Of a DNA stretch of 42,302 nt, positions 8,464 through 16,960 are shown piece after piece; position 1 is the stretch's first letter, and each line of letters opens with the position of its first letter. The stretch is from positions 1 through 42,302 of the forward strand of contig JANQLI010000062.1 in the NCBI GenBank assembly GCA_028280675.1, in the 5' to 3' direction. Source of the DNA: Alphaproteobacteria bacterium (lineage in GTDB: Bacteria; Pseudomonadota; Alphaproteobacteria; SMXP01). Position numbers and translations under genes: made by a program. The notes below the pieces were generated by a model. That model was not told where the DNA came from. It ran no database searches and saw only the letters and a list, made by a program, of their open reading frames with translations.

Positions 8464-9540
8464 CTATTTCGCAGGACGTTTCCATACACCACGTTCAAAC
8501 ATACGCTCACGGGCCGCGCGGACAACTGCATCATTTTCAGCATGCTTCAATGGCTTTTCCGTAAGGCAGCGGTTTTTCTCATATTGCGGTTCATCATAGA
8601 TAATACGGTATTGCTCTGTCCGCAAATCTTTCATCCAATTGCCCCACATCGATTCTGCACGATATTTCCGCAAGGCTTCGATATCGATAATCGCACCCGC
8701 ATACGACGCTGTTCCCGCAGAGCGCGCCTCCGTCAAGATACGGCCTTGATAATCAACAATCATCGAATGACCGCCAAACATGTCAAGCGGGAATGTGCTT
8801 TCCGCCGTTAAGGCATAAGCCGCTGGGTTCGGACAGATCATATACATGGTATTATCAAGCGCCCGCGAGCGGTTTTGGATTTCCCATAACCCGTTCGAGA
8901 CATAAGGTTCGGGATAACTCGGGCGATAGGTGATCTCTGCCCCGTTCATCGCAAGACCACGTGTGATTTCGGGAAAACTCCCCTCCATACATATCAAGGC
9001 GCCGATACGGCCAATATCCGTATCGGTCACCGGATAAAAGGCATCTAAACCATCGCCATAGAGCTCAACCCATTTGTCCCACACATCATGGGGCACTGTT
9101 GTGTGTTCACGGGCAAAGACTTGCAGTTTGTAATGTTTATGGATGATGTCGCCTTCCGGATTAATAGCAAAAGCACAATTGAAAAAGCGCTCGGGGATTT
9201 CCGGAATTTTCACTTTCGCTTGCGCAATTATATACGCATTCAACCCCTGCGCTAACTGGCTCAGTTGATCCGATTCCGGTCCAGGCAAATCAATCGCCAA
9301 TGAATTCACATAGTCCACGTGATCCATATCGAAGACTTCATCAGTGAAGCCTTGTAGGGCGCCTTCAGGAATGGCGTAAAGACGCACAGGCAGTTCGATC
9401 TCCGTCACATTCTTTGCTGCAAAAGCAAGTTCGGTAATGTGATCAATGTTCTGCTTAATGTCTTCCCGTTTATTCGCACCAACCATGATAGGTTGCAGCG
9501 CGAGCGCCATGTAGGGATCAATGGGTTTATTTTCAGACAT
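8464..9540 (-). CDS. carbon-nitrogen hydrolase, aliphatic amidase/formamidase-like
   Basis: Catalytic residues are visible: Glu in 'YAIPEGALQGF', Lys in 'HKHYKLQVF', Cys in 'GALICMEGSFPE'. Overall similarity to AmiE/AmiF-type amidases, as recalled. The gene ends 37 nt upstream of the UbiD gene on the same strand. Confidence 0.8.
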   Translation of the reverse strand: MSENKPIDPYMALALQPIMVGANKREDIKQNIDHITELAFAAKNVTEIELPVRLYAIPEGALQGFTDEVFDMDHVDYVNSLAIDLPGPESDQLSQLAQGLNAYIIAQAKVKIPEIPERFFNCAFAINPEGDIIHKHYKLQVFAREHTTVPHDVWDKWVELYGDGLDAFYPVTDTDIGRIGALICMEGSFPEITRGLAMNGAEITYRPSYPEPYVSNGLWEIQNRSRALDNTMYMICPNPAAYALTAESTFPLDMFGGHSMIVDYQGRILTEARSAGTASYAGAIIDIEALRKYRAESMWGNWMKDLRTEQYRIIYDEPQYEKNRCLTEKPLKHAENDAVVRAARERMFERGVWKRPAK

Positions 9541-9617
9541 GGGACGATGCTCCTACACTCTGGGTGATTGTTTATATTTCACCGGCTTCTGATCTGTGGC
9601 TACAGAAACAAGTAACG

Positions 9618-9636
9618 AAAGTAATACTTTCTAATA
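9618..9636 (-). promoter_or_regulatory. candidate regulator box, copy 2 (minus strand reads 'tattagaaagtattacttt')
   Basis: 18/19 identity to 5971-5989. It lies 78-96 nt upstream of the amidase start codon at 9540. Confidence 0.4.
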
Positions 9637-9737
9637 TTATTTACATAGCATAGTTTTATTTGTCTTTCTTGTATAGCCACTTTGCGCCGTTCCACAAACT
9701 ATTTCATTGACGATCCGCGCTCACAAATAGTCAGTCC

Positions 9738-10208
9738 TTACTCCTCGCGGATAACAGCCACGGCATTGATTTCCACCAACATCCCCGGCACGGCAAGCGC
9801 CGACACCCCAATGACCATGGATGTGGGTTTGTGCCCCTTTGGGAAAAAGGCGGTAATGTCGTCGTAGACCGGGGTCGGATCAATTGTATCGAGATCAACA
9901 ATGTAGACTTGGATATCGAGCACATCTTCGCGGCGTGCACCCGCAGCGTTGAGAGCAATATCGATCTTTTCAAAAATCAGTTGCGACTGCTCCGCCAGTG
10001 TCTCCGGCACAGTACCATCTTCACGCAATCCAGCCTTCCCGCCGAGATAAGCGAGTTTCGTCAGGCCGCTCACAGTCACCAATTGCGAATAAGCGTCAGG
10101 TTTATGCATGCCATCAGGATTGATACGCTCAATGATCACCTCGGCTGCGGCACTTCTTACAACAAATGTTAGACAGAGAAAGAGAGTCAGTTTCGATAAC
10201 ATCGTCAT
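9738..10208 (-). CDS. RidA/YjgF-family protein with N-terminal signal peptide
   Basis: ATG at 10208 follows AAGGGTG. The product begins MTMLSKLTLFLCLTFVVRSAAAEV. The C-terminal 'MVIGVSALAVPGMLVEINAVA' fits the RidA-family tail. Confidence 0.7.
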   Translation of the reverse strand: MTMLSKLTLFLCLTFVVRSAAAEVIIERINPDGMHKPDAYSQLVTVSGLTKLAYLGGKAGLREDGTVPETLAEQSQLIFEKIDIALNAAGARREDVLDIQVYIVDLDTIDPTPVYDDITAFFPKGHKPTSMVIGVSALAVPGMLVEINAVAVIREE

Positions 10209-10358
10209 GTGTTTCACCCTTAGGATTCGATGACAGATTCATAGGTATATTAAACGGAATAACCTGGCTTAGCTAATGACATCCACAAAAGAAAATCCTA
10301 TGCTTTTTGGTGAAGTTGGCAATCTCTCATATCGGAGAGATGTTTGAATGGAGGGACG

Positions 10359-11507
10359 ATGTTTCAAAAAAACAAAAGACAAATAGGCGCCGCCATGACT
10401 GCACTGGTCTTGGCGTGTGGCAGCCTGACATATAGCGTGATAGCTCAGGAATCTTCCGGTGATACGCCACAACTTGTGCGTCCAGATGGAACCTATCCGA
10501 CAATCCCTCTTGAAAAAGATGTGGTTATTTTAAAAGTTGTGCAAAACGAGGCGGTGAATATTCAAAACGCTCCGTCTAAGGAAGAAGGGCTGGCAGAAAA
10601 TTTGCGCCGCATGGAGCAATGGATCGACAAAGCCTGCACCGAAGGCAAAAAACCGGATTTCATTCTGTTCAATGAATTTCCACTGACCGGCTACTCTTCA
10701 GGTCCGCGCGATGAAAAAATCAAATACACCATTGAAGTGCCAGGCCCTGAGACCGATAGAATTGGTAACTTAGCGCGCGAATGCGACACTTATATTATCT
10801 TTGGCAGCTATGCACGCGATGCAGACTGGCCAGGGCATATCCTTAGCATCAACCCCGTGATCAACCGCCAAGGCGAGATCGTGCAAGAATATTGGAAGAC
10901 ACGGAATGCCACCCGCTATGATCCGAGTGGAGAAATTCCCACCACAACGATTGAGAATGTGCGCGATAAATTCCGCGCTAAATATGGGATCGCACAAGAA
11001 TATCCAGTTGTGCAAACCGAGTTCGGCAACATCGCGGTAAGCACAGTGCAGTTGGACCCGCTTACGTTCGTTGCCTTCGCCATGCGCGGCACTGAAATCA
11101 TGCTGCGCACAGCTACAGGCTTTAATCCACTCGATGTTAAGGCATCAGCCTTCTACAACAATATGTATTCCGCCATGTCTAACATTTCGATCCCTGCTGA
11201 TGTGCCTGGAGCCAATGATTTCGGCGGCGGCTCACTCATCGTTGACAATCGCGGGGAAGTGTTGGCGCAAGAGCCAGAGAACAAAGAAGCGCTGATCGAA
11301 GCTGAAATCAACATTGCGGAGCTGCGGAAAAATCGCTTACTGCCTCGCTATCCCATGGAAATGGTCAAGCCAGTCTTTGATCAGTTCCAACAAGAACTGC
11401 CGCTCAATCATCTTGATCTACCGCCAGAGGAATTACCGCAAACGCGTCAAGATATGAAAGATTATCTCGACCGCATCAGTCGCTGGCTCAATCCACAAGA
11501 AGAATAG
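10359..11507 (+). CDS. exported carbon-nitrogen hydrolase-family paralogue lacking the nucleophile cysteine
   Basis: ATG at 10359 follows GGAGGG. Signal peptide MFQKNKRQIGAAMTALVLACGSLTYSVIAQE. Glu ('ILFNEFPLTGY') and Lys ('EYWKTRN') motifs are present. The Cys elbow reads 'GNIAVSTVQLDPLTF', and no Cys occurs after 'ARECDTY'. Confidence 0.7.
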   Translation: MFQKNKRQIGAAMTALVLACGSLTYSVIAQESSGDTPQLVRPDGTYPTIPLEKDVVILKVVQNEAVNIQNAPSKEEGLAENLRRMEQWIDKACTEGKKPDFILFNEFPLTGYSSGPRDEKIKYTIEVPGPETDRIGNLARECDTYIIFGSYARDADWPGHILSINPVINRQGEIVQEYWKTRNATRYDPSGEIPTTTIENVRDKFRAKYGIAQEYPVVQTEFGNIAVSTVQLDPLTFVAFAMRGTEIMLRTATGFNPLDVKASAFYNNMYSAMSNISIPADVPGANDFGGGSLIVDNRGEVLAQEPENKEALIEAEINIAELRKNRLLPRYPMEMVKPVFDQFQQELPLNHLDLPPEELPQTRQDMKDYLDRISRWLNPQEE

Positions 11508-11523
11508 CCTTCAAAGGCAAACA

Positions 11524-11565
11524 ACAAAAAAGGGCGCACCTTACCAAGGCAGCGCCCTTTTTCTT
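11524..11565. terminator. probable bidirectional rho-independent terminator between convergent genes
   Basis: 'aaaaaagggcgc accttaccaaggca gcgcccttttt': an 8-bp GC-rich stem (11530-11537 / 11552-11559), flanked by an A-run on one side and a T-run on the other. Confidence 0.6.
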
Positions 11566-11603
11566 GACATACTGAATGATGCGTTTCGACTTAAAGCACC
11601 AGA

Positions 11604-12323
11604 TTAGAGCATGGTCGCATGTTCAATGTCAGAGGTGATCTCTTCCCCAAAGACATCCACGACTTTATAACGATCCGGATCTTTATCGATCAGCACGTGC
11701 TTCATTTTTGCGCGCCGCGCGAGACGTATTTCTGTGACATCGGAGGTCACCTCTTCGGCAGCCTCTAACATGCGTAGCCAATGTTTGAGATACTGCAGAG
11801 CATATCCTTCAAAGGCCGAAAGATGCTCAGGCGCCACTTTAAACGCCAGTAAACGATACGGCGAGAACAATGCACGCATATGCGGCATGCGTGAATCTTC
11901 CCAGGAGAAGTTTTTATTGGCATGGGCTTCATCAAAAACGGGAACGATGTCTGTATATTCCGCAAGATAGTCTTCGAGATCCAAGATAAAATCTTTGTCC
12001 GGAAACAGATCGACTGTAACCTGACTGCCATTCGGGGAAATCATTCCTTCGAACACCAAACGGGGCACGTCATATTGCGGCTCAGGGATCAGATGGATAT
12101 TCATATAACGCCCAAACGGTCCCATGCTGATCGACAGATACGAGCCTTTGACAACTTTCCCGCCCGTCAGAACCCTACATGATCCCGCCTCTTGCCCGTT
12201 CAGCATTGTGATGTTGAGCAGATGCTCAAAGTCCGGATGCTGGTGGCAATTGGTTTGCGATTGAAAATGCTCCCACACCTTATCGCCCAGCGTCGCAATG
12301 ATCGTGTCTGTCTCCGATGACAT
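11604..12323 (-). CDS. ferredoxin-dependent bilin reductase (FDBR)-like protein
   Basis: AGGAGAG precedes the ATG at 12323. 239 aa, a normal length for the family. The central segment 'MNIHLIPEPQYDVPRLVFEGMISPNGSQVTVDLFP' and the C-terminal 'DKDPDRYKVVDVFGEE' resemble the PcyA/PebA/HY2-family core and tail. This is a by-eye match from memory. Confidence 0.5.
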   Translation of the reverse strand: MSSETDTIIATLGDKVWEHFQSQTNCHQHPDFEHLLNITMLNGQEAGSCRVLTGGKVVKGSYLSISMGPFGRYMNIHLIPEPQYDVPRLVFEGMISPNGSQVTVDLFPDKDFILDLEDYLAEYTDIVPVFDEAHANKNFSWEDSRMPHMRALFSPYRLLAFKVAPEHLSAFEGYALQYLKHWLRMLEAAEEVTSDVTEIRLARRAKMKHVLIDKDPDRYKVVDVFGEEITSDIEHATML

Positions 12324-12650
12324 AGGTCTCTCCTATTACCACTATTTACACCCTGCTGAGGCACTTGCAGACAGTGTCACTGACTGGTAACATTGTTGGC
12401 GCTTTATTGAAAGGCCGAAGTGTTTGCAGCATCCAAAAAGAGAGCAGCGGTGATAAGCTCGGGGCCGAAAGGCTCCAAAGCCTGACATCTCACAAATTTT
12501 CGCTGTTATGCATCGCAACAGAGACATGATAGAACATGCAGAACTTAAGGGCCGTTTCATCTTAACCGCTATGATTGCAGAGAGACGCTCCCGCTCATGC
12601 GGAGATGAGAGACCACCCTACGCATAAAAAGAAACGCGCAAGGACATCGA

Positions 12651-13751
12651 ATGAACGCCTCCCCGCGAAATATTGCCGTTGGTTTTTTGGCCGTGATCGC
12701 CATGAGCCTGGGCTGGATGATGTGGGGACCCTCTCATAATGCAAGCGAGCCGGTGCCTCGCGGGCCAATGCGCACGCAATCGGTGATTGTCGCACCAGCC
12801 ATATCGCGCACCGCAACGGAATATGTGTCCTCCGTCGGCACCACGCGCGCCAACAAAGCGGTGATCATCACATCAAAAGTCACGGGGCGATTGGAGGACG
12901 TGTTTTTTGAAGACGGACAAGATGTGAAAACGGGTGACGTCCTCGTGACCCTCGATTCGCGTGAACTTGAGGCCGAATTAAAAAGTGCAGAAGTTCAACT
13001 CACGCAAGTGCAACAAGAGTTTGACCGGGTTATGTCGCTGCGTGGATCGCAGGCGGTGTCAGAATCCCGCGCTGAAGAACTCACAGCACAATTGGGGTCG
13101 GCAGAAGCACAAGTCGCCGCCCGCGCGGCGCGCCTCGAAGAGTTTACCATTCGCGCGCCCTTCGCTGGCACGCTGGGCGTGAACCGTCTCAGCCGCGGCA
13201 CGCTGATTAGCCAGAGCACAGAAATTACGACATTGGATGATCTGAGTCTGATCAAGGTGGACTTCACGGTGCCTGAAACAGTGATGTTGAAAACATCGCA
13301 AGGGGATCAAATTCGCGCCACCAGCCGCGCCCTGGAAGGCTTCGCTGTGGAAGGGTCGATCGAAAGTTTGGAAACACGTATTGATCCCGTAAACCGGACT
13401 ATTGGTGCGGTGGCCGTGTTTGATAATCAAGACCGCTTACTGCGGCCAGGCATGTTCCTCAATCTCACGATTGCCTTACAGGAAAAAGAAAACGCTATCT
13501 TCGTTGCTGAAGAAGCCTTAGCGCCATCGGGCGCACGGCAATTCGTCTATGTCATTAACGACAAGAATGTCGCAGAAAAGCGCGAAGTGACGCTGGGATT
13601 ACGCGAACCGGGTTTGGTTGAGATTGTCAGCGGTGTCGCTGCCGGTGAATTGATTGTCGTGCGCGGCATACAGTTTATGCGCGAGGGATCACCGGTTGAG
13701 ATTCTCGAAACAATCGCACCGGGCTCCACACCAAGCTACCAACAGAGTTAA
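12651..13751 (+). CDS. efflux RND transporter periplasmic adaptor (membrane-fusion protein)
   Basis: N-terminal anchor, coiled-coil hairpin region (ELEAELKSAEVQLTQVQQEFDRV...AQLGSAEAQVAARAARLEE) and barrel-type C-terminus. Ends 5 nt upstream of the RND pump gene. Confidence 0.85.
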   Translation: MNASPRNIAVGFLAVIAMSLGWMMWGPSHNASEPVPRGPMRTQSVIVAPAISRTATEYVSSVGTTRANKAVIITSKVTGRLEDVFFEDGQDVKTGDVLVTLDSRELEAELKSAEVQLTQVQQEFDRVMSLRGSQAVSESRAEELTAQLGSAEAQVAARAARLEEFTIRAPFAGTLGVNRLSRGTLISQSTEITTLDDLSLIKVDFTVPETVMLKTSQGDQIRATSRALEGFAVEGSIESLETRIDPVNRTIGAVAVFDNQDRLLRPGMFLNLTIALQEKENAIFVAEEALAPSGARQFVYVINDKNVAEKREVTLGLREPGLVEIVSGVAAGELIVVRGIQFMREGSPVEILETIAPGSTPSYQQS

Positions 13752-13756
13752 GACAG

Positions 13757-16700
13757 ATGTTTTTATCTGACATCATGATCCGGCGCCCTGTTCTGGCCAT
13801 TGTGGTCAGTGTGTTGCTGCTGGTGTTCGGCATCTTTAGCTTGTCGCGTATGTCAGCGCGGGAATATCCCAATATCGATCCATCTGTGATTTCGATTATG
13901 ACGAATTACCGCGGCGCTTCGGCAGAAATCGTTGAAACACAAGTGACGCAAGTGATCGAAGATGCGATTAGCGGCATTTCGGGCATCCGCACGATCCGCT
14001 CCACCAGCAGTGACAGCACATCGAACATCAATATCGAGTTCGTTTCAGGTTGGGATATTGATGAAGCGGCCAATGATGTGCGTGACCGTGTGGGACGTAT
14101 TGCTTTCTTCCTGCCGCAAGAGGTGGATACACCAAGCATCAACAAACGGAGCACCGATGCAGATCCGTTTTTCTGGCTGAGTTTGCGCAGCTCTAGCCGG
14201 AATTTGATGGAACTCACCGATTATGTGGATCGCTTTATCATCGATCAGGTGACAAGTTTACCCGGTGTCGCCAATGCGTTTATTGGCGGGCGGCGCTATT
14301 TCGCCATGCGCATCTGGCTCGACCGTTCCGAAATGGCGGCACGGGGCATTGCTGTCACTGATATTGAGCGCGCCTTAGAAAGGCAAAATGTGGACATTCC
14401 AACTGGCCGTTTGGAATCCACAAGCCGTGAGCTCACCGTGCGCACGTCAACGCGCCTCTCGACACCAGAAGAGTTTCGCAATGTCGTTATTGCGCGCGAC
14501 GGCGACACGTTAGTGCGCATTGGCGATGTCGCCCGTGTGGAAATTGGCCCTCGCACCATCCGGCAAGGCCTTCGGTATAATGGTCTGAATGCCGTTGGTT
14601 TGGGCATCGTTCGCCAATCGCAAAGCAATGCGTTAGAGGTGGCGGAAGAAATACGCAAAGTCCTGCCGCGGATCGAAGACGCTCTGCCTGAAGACATCAC
14701 CATGGTCGTCTCCCGCGACGACACCACCTTTGTTGAAACGTCTTTACAACAAGTGTTCTTCGCCCTCGCGATCGCCCTCGCGCTCGTCGTCTCAGTGATT
14801 TACCTTTTTATCGGCAACATACGCGCGACGCTGATTCCCGCGGTGACAATTCCGATTTCGATTGTCTCGACATTCCTTGTACTGCAAGCGCTTGGTTATT
14901 CGATCAACGTTCTGACCTTGCTGGCGCTCGTCCTTGCGATCGGTCTTGTTGTTGATGACTCGATTGTGGTGATGGAAAATATCAGCCGACGGATTGAGAA
15001 AAAAGAAAAGCCCCTTCTCGCCGCCTTTCTCGGCACACGGCAAATCTATTTCGCGGTGATCGCCACCACGACCGTGCTAATCGCCGTGTTTGTGCCGATT
15101 GTGATGCTGGAAGGCAATATCGGGCGGTTGTTTAGCGAATTCGCAGTCGCCTTATCCGCTGCTGTGATTTTTTCCACCTTTGTGGCGCTCTCCCTCGCTC
15201 CAATGCTGTGTTCCCGCATCTTGCGTGAGCGTAAGTATAAGGGATGGATTGGCGCGGCCAATAAACGCATTATTGAAAAACTGCAAGCAAAGTATAAAAC
15301 CTTTCTAGCAGAGGTGCTAACAAAGTCATCTGCCGTGTTCATCATCTGGCTTGCCCTGGTTCCGTTGATCTTCACACTCTATGCGCAATTGCCAAAAGCC
15401 TTGACCCCAATTGAGGATCGCGGCGAGTTTAGCGCCATTATCCAGGCGCCATCAGGATCGAGCCGTGATTATCTCATTGAACATGTTGAGCAGGCAGAAA
15501 AAGCTGTTGGCAAGTATAACGAAGAAGGCGTCGTTCGTGGCGTGCTTACCATCATGGGTAACAATATGACAGGTGAGGGTCCGGTCGATAATGCGATCAT
15601 GGTGGTCAAACTGGTCGATTGGGCCGAGCGCGATATTTCCACGCCTGAACTCGTTGCGAGATTACGCAAACCCTTAAGCGATATTCCCGGCGCACGCATT
15701 ATTCCGTTTAACCGCCGCAGCTTTGGTGAACACGGCACCAGTTCGCCAGTAGAATTTGTCATCAGCGGATATTCTTATGACACCCTCGCCGAGTGGCGCG
15801 ATATTCTCCTTGATCAATTTGCGGCATCGCCGATTGTGATGAATGTGCGTGCCGACTACGAAGAAACCAAGCCGCAGCTCCTTCTCGATATGGATCGCAA
15901 TCGCGCCGCCGCCCTTGGCATTGATGTCGAGGATATTGGCCGCACCCTTGAAACCATGATGGGATCGCGCACGGTCACACGTTTCAGCATGAACGGCGAA
16001 GAATATGATGTCGTGCTTCAAGCGGACGCCGCGGAACGCATGTCGCCATCCGATCTCACCAATATTTTTGTCCGCTCGAATGAAACCCAAGAACTGGTTT
16101 CCCTTGGGCCCCTCGTCTACCTGCAAGACCAGGCAGGACCGCGCCAGCTCAATCGTTTCAACCGCTTGCGCGCCATTACATTTTCGGGCCAAATCAGCGA
16201 TGGCTACACATTGGGGCAAGCCTTAGAAGAGGTTGAAGACATCGTGCGTACGTCACTGCCCGCTGAAGCGCAGCTCAGTTGGGACGGCGAAGCGCGTGAA
16301 TTTGCCGACTCCACCTATGCCATTTATTTCGCTTTTGGATTAGCGCTTGTTGTTGTGTTCTTAGTTCTCGCCGCACAGTTTGAAAGCTTTATTCATCCAT
16401 TGGTGATTATCGGGACTGTGCCTGTGGGCCTTTTCGGCGCGTTAGGCGTGATTGCTCTCCTGCAAATGCCGATCACCATCTATACGCAAATTGGTTTGAT
16501 TATGCTGGTTGGGTTAACGGCAAAAAATGCGATTCTGATTGTGGAATTTATCAATCAACTGCGCCGAGATGGCATGGCGTTTCATGATGCGATTATCGAA
16601 GCCTCTACAACGCGCTTACGGCCAATTCTTATGACGGGATTTGCCACCACTGTTGGCGCTTTACCGCTTACTTTCGCCACAGATGCTGGCGCAGAAGCGC

Positions 16701-16873
16701 GCCAAGCCATCGGTATCATCATTGTTGGCGGGGTGTTTATCGGCACGGCGCTTTCCTTAATCGCCACACCCGTTCTTTATAAAACGTTCTGCCGCAACAC
16801 AAAAACAGGTGTGGAAACATCACGCGCGCTTGATGACTTATTAGAAGACAACCCACTCGCCGAGAAAACTTAA
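13757..16873 (+). CDS. efflux RND transporter permease (AcrB-superfamily)
   Basis: 1038 aa. N-terminus 'MFLSDIMIRRPVLAIVVSVLLLVFG', two large periplasmic loops, and conserved TM4-type 'ALVLAIGLVVDDSIVVMENI'. Confidence 0.95.
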   Translation: MFLSDIMIRRPVLAIVVSVLLLVFGIFSLSRMSAREYPNIDPSVISIMTNYRGASAEIVETQVTQVIEDAISGISGIRTIRSTSSDSTSNINIEFVSGWDIDEAANDVRDRVGRIAFFLPQEVDTPSINKRSTDADPFFWLSLRSSSRNLMELTDYVDRFIIDQVTSLPGVANAFIGGRRYFAMRIWLDRSEMAARGIAVTDIERALERQNVDIPTGRLESTSRELTVRTSTRLSTPEEFRNVVIARDGDTLVRIGDVARVEIGPRTIRQGLRYNGLNAVGLGIVRQSQSNALEVAEEIRKVLPRIEDALPEDITMVVSRDDTTFVETSLQQVFFALAIALALVVSVIYLFIGNIRATLIPAVTIPISIVSTFLVLQALGYSINVLTLLALVLAIGLVVDDSIVVMENISRRIEKKEKPLLAAFLGTRQIYFAVIATTTVLIAVFVPIVMLEGNIGRLFSEFAVALSAAVIFSTFVALSLAPMLCSRILRERKYKGWIGAANKRIIEKLQAKYKTFLAEVLTKSSAVFIIWLALVPLIFTLYAQLPKALTPIEDRGEFSAIIQAPSGSSRDYLIEHVEQAEKAVGKYNEEGVVRGVLTIMGNNMTGEGPVDNAIMVVKLVDWAERDISTPELVARLRKPLSDIPGARIIPFNRRSFGEHGTSSPVEFVISGYSYDTLAEWRDILLDQFAASPIVMNVRADYEETKPQLLLDMDRNRAAALGIDVEDIGRTLETMMGSRTVTRFSMNGEEYDVVLQADAAERMSPSDLTNIFVRSNETQELVSLGPLVYLQDQAGPRQLNRFNRLRAITFSGQISDGYTLGQALEEVEDIVRTSLPAEAQLSWDGEAREFADSTYAIYFAFGLALVVVFLVLAAQFESFIHPLVIIGTVPVGLFGALGVIALLQMPITIYTQIGLIMLVGLTAKNAILIVEFINQLRRDGMAFHDAIIEASTTRLRPILMTGFATTVGALPLTFATDAGAEARQAIGIIIVGGVFIGTALSLIATPVLYKTFCRNTKTGVETSRALDDLLEDNPLAEKT

Positions 16874-16960
16874 CACGTCAAACTGTCGGCAACTCAATCA
16901 TGGCGTGATAAGGTGACATAAATCACGACCAATGTATGCTGGAACACCGGAGACTATGCA

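Noticed and set aside
12342-12816. ORFs 12342-12560 (-) and 12595-12816 (-), plus a 39-aa plus-strand uORF (12508-12627), in the leader of the RND operon.
   Set aside because: There is no Shine-Dalgarno sequence. The products are Cys-rich or of odd composition. One overlaps the real MFP start on the opposite strand. I treat them as spurious, though the leader itself is noted as a finding.
13906-16767. Many antisense or alternative-frame ORFs of 60-180 aa inside long genes. Examples: 14296-14727, 15674-16219 and 16582-16767 in the RND gene; 2699-3238 in the MBL gene; 18769-19308 in the oxidase; 33701-34180 in the methyltransferase; 40450-41043 in fliK; 41809-42102 in flgE.
   Set aside because: They are shadow ORFs. 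Each overlaps a CDS that has clear family motifs. Their translations are Arg/Ser/Cys-rich, with no start signals and no recognisable domains.
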